From the NCBI GenBank assembly GCA_951406725.2, contig OX597830.1, positions 19,096,001 through 19,160,000 on the forward strand: DNA of 64,000 nucleotides, read 5' to 3'. Position numbers and translations under genes: made by a program. The notes beneath the pieces were generated by a model, which saw only the letters and a program-made list of their open reading frames with translations, ran no database searches and was not told where the DNA came from. This document shows, one piece after another, positions 52,598 to 64,000 of this stretch. Position 1 is the stretch's first letter, and the number at the start of each line of letters is the position of its first letter. The DNA is from Octopus vulgaris (taxonomy: Eukaryota).

Positions 52598-52642
52598 CTA
52601 CCGAATAATTGTCACATATTACATTTACATATATATATATAT

Positions 52643-52907
52643 ATCACGTGATCACATCGCTGGTCACAATGCGTTCGCATTGTTTTAACCTTCGAATGAC
52701 GCCACCCCGCTGGCTAAGCGAGCAGGCCAATAGAAGAAAGAGTGAGAGAAACAGTGGTGAAAGAGTACAGCAGGGATCACCCCTCCTGCCGGAGCCTCGT
52801 GGAGCTTTAAGGCGTTTTCGCTGACACTCACAACGCTCGGTATGGGAATCGAAACCGCGATCCTACGACCGCGAGTCCGCTGCCCTAACCACTGGGCCAT
52901 TGCGCCT

Positions 52908-52909
<2 letters not shown>
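52643..52909 (-). mobile_element. SINE family C
   Basis: Same family as 7092-7393. Confidence 0.8.
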
Positions 52910-52986
<77 letters not shown>

Positions 52987-53067
52987 CATACATATATACA
53001 TACATATATACACTTGTGTGTATGTATGTATGCGTGCAAGCCTGTTGTCATACGTCAATGAACTTAC

Positions 53068-53310
53068 TGATTGCTGCTGCAGCCAAACATTTCACAAAGA
53101 CAACTGGTGGTCCACATGAATCGAAGATGGGAGAAGCTACATATTCAGCAAAAACCAGGCTGCTCACAGCGACTGCTGACGGTCTCATGATTAAAGCCGT
53201 ACACCAACTGCACAAGAATGCCAACACTGCTGGAAGACCGTTTAAGATATATGCAAATTCTCCGCCAGACTTAGTAATAAAGGTTCCCAATTCTACATAA
53301 GATAAGGAAG
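53068..53310 (-). CDS. SLC7A9: SLC7A9-like exon 1 in window (243 bp; TM2 end, TM3, extracellular Cys loop)
   Basis: ttttacAG|CTTCC ... ATCA|GTAAG. (A)SLSYVELGTFITKSGGEFAYI...IMRPSAVAVSSLVFAEYVASPIFDSCGPPVVFVKCLAAAAI. Has the ELGTxIxKSGG motif and the Cys that bridges to the SLC3 heavy chain. Confidence 0.95.
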
Positions 53311-53338
53311 CTGTAAAAGGAGACACAATAGTTATAAA

Positions 53339-53386
<48 letters not shown>

Positions 53387-53593
53387 TACACGGTAGAAAA
53401 ATCATTAGTGAATCAGATAAGATGTTTTGCTGCATTTCTTTTGGCTCTTGATATTCTGGGTTCAAATCGACTAACCCACTTCCCAGGCCTTGTGTCTGAA
53501 ATTTTGGGGAAGACTATTACTATCATTGGAAACTGAATTGACTATGCCTTAATAAAACATTTATAAATTAGCCAATGAAATAGTAGTCATACA

Positions 53594-53812
53594 CCTTTCA
53601 GCATTCAGATTTCTTTGTCAAAATAATGCTTATTTATTCACATTGTCTTGAATTAATCACATATCATCTTGTAGCTTTAACACTTCAATGGTGCGTTTGT
53701 ATATTTTTAGAATGACATTGCAGGGTAGGTGTGAGAGACCAGATCTGGGCAGTTTTAACATAAAACAGGTAGAATATTTGGGCTCGATATGGTCAGATTA
53801 AATGCCAAAGGG
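53594..53812. mobile_element. piggyBac-like MITE (family of 6478-6696, reversed)
   Basis: ttagaatgacattgcagggtagg interior and ...aaaggg|ttaa end. Confidence 0.65.
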
Positions 53813-54621
53813 TTAAGGAAGACTAAGAAAGGTGGTGGGTTTGACAGAAGGGGTTAATGTATAGGATGAATGTAGGGGTTAGATATATTGTAATAAGCAA
53901 TCAAGTCACTTTTACATTCTAAGTTCAAAATTTGCTGGGTTTACCCCTGTCTTTCAAGCCTTCATATTTGATAAGATAACCAACCCGGACCAATAAAAAA
54001 CTAATTTTTTACCCAGCTACTTGCATTTATTCCAGCTCTTTACAGTCTGAGTTCAAATCCCACCTAGGTCAACTTAGCTTTCATCCTTCCAAAGTTGATA
54101 ACGTACTTTATTTTATAAACCTTGGAAGATTGAACCAGTCAAATACTTGCGTTTGACTGTGCTCTCCTCATGAGTTCCTGATTTTTTCCTTCATTATTTA
54201 ATGACTACCATACTCACATGGAATAGAAAGTTTTTGTTGGAGGAGATTTTCTATGGCCAGTTACTCTCCTTGTTTCCATGGAATACTGGAATTGAACAAC
54301 ATCGCTTCTATGACAGTGATGCTCATTTACAACCACCATACACATTCACATATATATTTTCATCTTTTAACGTCCAGTCTCCATACTGCCAGGGATTGGA
54401 TGGTTTGGCTTGAGCTTGCCAGCTGAAGAGCTGCCTGGGCTCCATTTGCTTGTTCTGGCATGGTTTCTATGGCCGTATGCCTTTCCTAATCCCAACCACT
54501 TTACAGAGAGTACTGGGCGGTTTTTCATGACACCAACACCCAGGAACCTGCAAGACTAGGATCTCTTGACTGAGACAAAGGTGTAGAGGTCATGCCTGTA
54601 TGCATAGAGAGCCACATTTTA

Positions 54622-54764
<143 letters not shown>

Positions 54765-54785
54765 TTTATATATATATACATATAT

Positions 54786-54846
<61 letters not shown>

Positions 54847-55259
54847 CAAATTGAGATAGAGGTTGTAAATGCAACCCTCTATGGGATAACGTATATCCAG
54901 TATACTGCTAGTGAAGTACCCAACAAAGTTAATACATAAATGTTAATGATTGCAATCAATTCATTTACTGTATTATATGGGCAAAGGTAAAATGATTTAC
55001 CACAAATTACTAATACAAGATAAGAAAATGGAGAAATACATCTAAATCAAATATCAATTACCAGATAATACTCAATCACATACTTTATTAAACCACCACA
55101 TAAGAGACTGTAGGGTTAAATATAAAAAGCAGAACAAATCAGTGTACATAAAGGAATGTACATAAAAAAGTGTACATAAAAGAGTAATGTTGTATAATAA
55201 TTAGAATATATATGAAAAAGAATATAATTACAAGTAAATATAAATATAAGTATAAATTA

Positions 55260-55388
55260 GATCTTACAGCTGTTTCGGCCATGTCGATAATTATGTCTCA
55301 TTTTACCAATATTAGCCCTTTATGGTTGGTCAAAATATAGATATAAATGAGACATTGACAAAAATATCACAAGGCCTCTTCGGAGATT
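55260..55388 (-). ncRNA. Type I hammerhead motif with U4C core and extended stem II
   Basis: AUCU-CCGAAGA-GGCC...(UGUCUCAUUU/AAAUGAGACA)...GGCC-GAAA-CAGCUG-UA-AGAU. Confidence 0.65.
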
Positions 55389-55825
55389 ATGTAATATAAC
55401 ACAGTCTACACATATACCCACATGGATGTGGGTGCGTATCCACAATACAACATATATATATACATATGAGTGCATATACTCACACTCCTATACATATAAA
55501 AAAATATACATTTACATAATGATATAAATAAATAATATAAATTAGTAAACACATATATATGTGTTCCACACCCAATGTCTCAGTTTTTCGACTTAATATT
55601 GTGATAATAAACATACACAAATTAATACCTAGATGTAAATATACATAGTCAATAGTACATTATATTACTTCATAATAGTTTCGAAAGTGTCATTAAAGTT
55701 AGTATCATTATCGTTGTCAATACAATTAATGTTATCATTGTTATCATTCATAATATTATTAATAACTCTTACATTATGATCCTTTCTCCATTTTCTTATC
55801 TTGTATATATATACATATTTATATA

Positions 55826-56286
<461 letters not shown>

Positions 56287-56289
56287 GCA

Positions 56290-56625
56290 GTGAAGGCGCA
56301 TGGCTCAGTGGTTAGATCGTCGAGCTTACGACCGTGAGGTTGTGAGCTCGAATCCCGGACCAGGCTGCGTGTTGTGTTCTTGAGCAAGGCACTTTATTTC
56401 ACGTTGCTCCAGTTCACTCAGCTGTAGAAATGAGTTGCGACGTCACTGGTACCAAGCTGTATCGACCTTTGTCTTTCCCTTGGATAACACTGGTGGCGTG
56501 GAGAGGGGAGGCTGGTATGCATGGGCGACTGCTGGTCTTCCATAAACAACCTTGCCCGGACTTGTGTCTAGGAGGGTAACTTTCTAGGTGCAATCCCATG
56601 GTCATTCATGACCGAAGGGGGTCTT
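56290..56625 (+). mobile_element. SINE family D
   Basis: tRNA-like head ggcgcatggctcagtggttaga...cgaatcccgg. Confidence 0.8.
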
Positions 56626-56827
56626 AAATAAATATATATATATATAAATATGTATATATATGTATATATATATATATCAGTAATAATATAGGGTGAAATT
56701 AATTAATTTGGAATAATCATCAATTTCACCAAGTAGATTTCGGCATGTAAAAGCCCCATTTGAGGAAAGTTTAAGTAATACTAAGTAATTAAGGGTTTAG
56801 CAATCGTTGCTAAACCCTTAATTACTT

Positions 56828-59137
<2,310 letters not shown>

Positions 59138-59806
59138 TGTAGCTATAAGTCGTGATTGGGCAGAATCTGGATGACGTCCCGCTATGCTTGACTAACGAAG
59201 CGACTGGTCAAGACAGGAAACAAACAAGAGGGAGTTATAATGCAGCGATTGGTCAAAATAATGATGATGTCCCGTTCCACTTGATTAAAGCCACCTAACG
59301 AAACGATTGGTCAAAACATTGATGACGTCACGCTACGCTAGATTGACCACCTAACAGGCATTATAAAACCGAGCATTTCACAAAAACTCACTAGAACCAC
59401 CCAGCGAACTTCCACCATGGGTCATCACAATTGCTTAAGGTAAAAATGAATTCCTCGCTCTTTCGGAAACATCAATCTTCTGTATTGACCGCTTTCCACC
59501 ACTTTGATCTGTTTTTTGTATTGAATACGTATCGCCACCGAGGGCCACTGCATCGAACACTTTGAACATATACTTCAAACTATATATCAACTATACATGA
59601 ACTATATATCAACTATACATGAACTCTAAGATGTCTGACTCCGTTGTGTATTATAAATGAATTTCTTGTGTTTGACGGCATGAGCTGTCTCTTTTTATAT
59701 ATAACTTTTTTTGATAAGGTTCATTTCAGGAACTGAAACATGTTATAATGTATATATAAAAATTAAAAATTGTATAATACAGCAGCATTTTCGAACTTCA
59801 TTTTTT

Positions 59807-59846
<40 letters not shown>

Positions 59847-59908
59847 TTATATATGAGGATAATATCGATATTTAAGTGTCGAAATTATCAAGTGGCCAGC
59901 ATGATAAT

Positions 59909-60048
59909 TTGTTTAAGATTTGCTTACTCTTACCCAGATATTAACACCATGACACACGCAAATATATGGTTCCACACATGTGTGGAACCATATATTTGCG
60001 TGTGTCATGGTGTTAATATCTGGGTAAAAGTAAGCAAATCTTAAACAA
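59909..60048. repeat. 140-bp spacerless near-perfect palindrome
   Basis: 70-bp arms centred on CA|TG (59978/59979), with one mismatch. Confidence 0.95.
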
Positions 60049-60295
60049 CTCTGGAGCCTCTTTTTTCACATATAAGAGACAGCAAACCCAACATAAAGTC
60101 AGATAAGAGGAAAAAATCTATCAGAAAGGAACTCTATCTCTCTTAAAAAAATATCTTTTGATAAGCATAAAAAATGCGCAACCGGTAAAAAGAACTTTCA
60201 CCTAATTAAATTACTTAAATTACTTAAATTATTTTGTCAGCATTTTCTTCATTTCCTTTTTTATATATCACAACTCGTGTTCCACATCTCTTTTT

Positions 60296-60422
<127 letters not shown>

Positions 60423-60505
60423 TAATCCAAACATGAAAACACAACGCAAGAACGTGGCACAAGTATAGTATTATTGGACGCTGAGGAAAGAAGGAAGGAA
60501 GGAGG

Positions 60506-60540
60506 GTTTTACGTTTCGAGCGGAGGTCTTCGACAGAAAC
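60506..60540 (-). ncRNA. Minimal hammerhead motif in a PLE terminal repeat
   Basis: GUUU-CUGUCGA-A-GACC ucc GCUC-GAAA-CG-UA-AAAC. Confidence 0.55.
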
Positions 60541-60610
60541 ATAGGAAAAGGAAAGATCCAAAAGAAGGGAAGACGGAGGAAAGAAAATCGCCAACGGTAC
60601 ACACGCGGTC

Positions 60611-60695
<85 letters not shown>

Positions 60696-60727
60696 CATAT
60701 TTATATATATATACATGTATATATATA

Positions 60728-60759
<32 letters not shown>

Positions 60760-60781
60760 CACACACACAGATATATATATA

Positions 60782-61622
60782 CTAGCAGAATTGCCCGGCG
60801 TTGCTCGGGTCTGAATTGCTTGAAAGTATTGTTAATGATTGCACTGAATTATGATGATTATTCAGGCAAATATTGATATAAGTTTACGGTGGGAGATAAG
60901 GACTTAACGATCAATGATGTGCCATTGCATTGTTTTGGGGGACCCAAATTTCCGATGAGCATTATAGGGGCACCAACTTTAAGTTTGAGAATGTGTGGTG
61001 GTAGTCCGGGGTGCTCAAAGGAATTGAGTACCTCTATTGGATAGTTGATGACGTCTTCTGGGTCAGGAGTTGTATCGATAGGCTGATATACATAGACTTC
61101 CCCAGGAATGAGTTTTAGCATTTCATCATTAATATGGTGAACAGTTTTATTCCTCGGGGCCAGTATAGCCTTTTTGCCAATCCAATCCATATTCTGATAA
61201 TTAGCTTGTAGATCTGGGAACACTGCATCTCTGAGATCAGAAGGCGTTTTAACAATGGTACAAATAGAATCGATGGCAATATTACCATTTTCATCCCCTG
61301 GTATTTTGCCTTCGCCAAGTGCAAGGAGGGTGTGAGGAAATGCTGCTGATGTGATATTACGTCGCATATGAGCACGCATATTGGTGTCAAGTTTGAGAGT
61401 TACTTCCCTTTATTTAAAAAAAATATGCATTAAAATGGAAAAAAATGATGGTAAATTATTAGTAAAATCGTAGCCTCATCGTAGACGCGCGCTAGTACCC
61501 AGAAGGGCTCGATATGAATCCCGACTATAAGATACCCGCTTTTGGTTAAACTGCATCGCAAAATGTGGGAGTAGTTAGGAATCTAAATCGGAGTAGACAG
61601 ACACAACCTTTCTTTTATATAT
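60782..61622 (-). mobile_element. Internally deleted Helitron with PIF1-like helicase fragment
   Basis: ORF 60858-61379 has ILAPRN..V..IN and GLPPHILKLKVGAPIMLIGNLGPPKQCNGT. The 3' end has hairpin CCCGAGCAACGCCGGG and CTAG|T. Confidence 0.85.
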
Positions 61623-62065
61623 AAATATTTTCGTCCTAAAAAACTTTGTATGGATTGAATGGTTACCTCTATGGAAATATATACACGCACATTATACATA
61701 CATGTGTGTATAGATGAATATATAAATACATTTAAATATCTATATACACTTTTGGGCGATCTTTCTGCTACTTAGAGATAACTTTAGATCTTATATTCGT
61801 CTTAAAAAACTTTGTATAAATTGAAAAAGAAAATAAATTGAAATTTTTAAGAAAGGAATTTGTTTACATACATGTGTCAAATGGCAAATGTTTGTGCAGT
61901 TGTCCGAAATGGAACCAGGGTAAATGTTTGGAACTGATGTATTATAATGAATAGTCCTTCTTGTTGTGAATATTAATTTGATTAATATGAACTGAAAACC
62001 AGTGGTGTAGCATAGGTGATCTTCTTGTAGCAAAAAGGATGACCAGTCTGACTGGCTCACCCCTG

Positions 62066-62117
<52 letters not shown>

Positions 62118-62856
62118 ACACACGCACCCTCACACACACACACGCACACACACACACACTCACACACACGCACACACACACACACACACACACACGTTAG
62201 CTTACAATTCTATTTATATTTTTGCGTGTCTATGTGTGTAAAGAGGAAGTGGGAGTAATAGGCAGAGTAAAGGCTTTGAAGTGAAAGAGTGAAATGGTAA
62301 AATATTTAGTTTTCTCGAATGTTTTCTGAAATGGGGGTGAAATTGGAAGAAATTTTGTATGCCATGACCGAATGGAAGTACTTTGAAAAATCATAGGTAA
62401 ACTCTAATTGAAGAAATTGTTCGAGGAGTAAATCGTTATGTATTTATTTGTTTCTGTTTGCTGTGTTGTTTTTTTTTGAGTAGTGGTTTAAGGTACAGTT
62501 GCAAAGAGAAAGTAGGAGAAATTAGGGTGATAGCATGAGTGAAGCAGTTCATCCCTGTTATATAAATACTTTCACTTTAATCGTTGCACACTTGCAAAGA
62601 GAAAGGAGTAGAAAGTATAGTGGTAATGGTATGAGTGAATCACTTGAACTGAAAGAGAAAAATCGTTAAATAGTTAGTTTTCTTGAATTTTTGCTTAATT
62701 GGGGGTGAAATAGAAAAAACTTTACGTGCCACGACCCGATGTATTCTACTTATAAAAATGCTAGGTAAATTCTAATTGAAGAAATTCTATATTGTAGATT
62801 TGTATAATAAACAAACGGTTTGGGAGGCAGATAAAATCTGCCTTTTATAATAAGAG

Positions 62857-63530
<674 letters not shown>

Positions 63531-63624
63531 ATCGAAACAAGAAAGCACAAAAGAACACAACAACGTGAGGGCGTGGAACAAATATAGTATAATTGGACGC
63601 TGAGGAAAGAAGGAAAGAAGGAGG

Positions 63625-63659
63625 GTTTAACGTTTCGAGCGGAGCTCTTCGTCGGAAAC
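63625..63659 (-). ncRNA. Minimal hammerhead motif (U4C variant) in a PLE terminal repeat
   Basis: GUUU-CCGACGA-A-GAGC ucc GCUC-GAAA-CG-UU-AAAC. Same repeat family as 34490-34690 and 60420-60610. Confidence 0.55.
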
Positions 63660-64000
63660 ATAAGAGAAGGAAAGATTCAGAGAAGGGAAAACAGAGGGAA
63701 AAAAACGTGGTTTTTTTCGTTCTCTGAAACAACCAAAACGGGGTTGCATAAATCGACGAAATAATCTCGTAAACTGACAAAAAACGTAGAACTTGTTATC
63801 TCATAACGGTCTACTGAAATTTATTAATGAAAAACCGTAATATATTTCGCTACATGCCAAATATAATACATTAAAGTCAGTTACGGAAGCGAGATTTTAC
63901 GTCGAATAACCACGTTGTTGCAAGTCGTATTTTTATTTCCAGCCCTGTGTAAGAAGCAAAAAGAATTGTCTTCTTTCTTTTTTGAAACAAAACGTCGTAC

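Larger units (their letters stand above)
52264..52629. repeat. 366-bp foldback with a hammerhead in each arm
   Basis: Arms of about 170 bp (52264-52434 and 52458-52629) are highly similar reverse complements. Confidence 0.9.

Noticed and set aside
56290-56365. tRNA-like sequences with A and B boxes (also about 7320-7393, 42170-42240, 52835-52909)
   Set aside because: They are SINE heads that continue into repeat bodies, with no clean cloverleaf or Pol III terminator.
60858-61379. Host PIF1 helicase gene
   Set aside because: It is a fragment enclosed by Helitron termini (3' hairpin plus CTAG), with no splice structure.

Overview
Eukaryotic, AT-rich, microsatellite- and transposon-dense genomic DNA. 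The SINE families and (TA)n/(CA)n load look like an octopod cephalopod genome (inference). The main gene is a minus-strand SLC7A9/b(0,+)AT-like amino-acid transporter light chain. I reconstructed 10 coding exons by hand (53310 to 17434); all introns are GT-AG and phase-consistent, giving about 414 codons. The N-terminal TM1-TM2 exons were not found and probably lie beyond the window end. A short + strand terminal exon at 449-510 resembles the CEP70 C-terminus, so the two genes would converge. The rest is mostly mobile DNA: Tc1 and mariner relics, Tc2-like and piggyBac-like MITEs, Helitrons, CR1, RTE, CRE and R4/Dong LINE fragments, several SINE families, and many Penelope-like elements (PLEs), one with a long uninterrupted RT+GIY-YIG ORF. 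The most interesting hidden layer is about 12 hammerhead-ribozyme motifs in PLE-type repeats. They include an inverted pair inside a 366-bp foldback and recurrent non-canonical cores. There are also several long palindromes, mostly in introns. Almost all ORFs in the supplied track are microsatellite or SINE artefacts.
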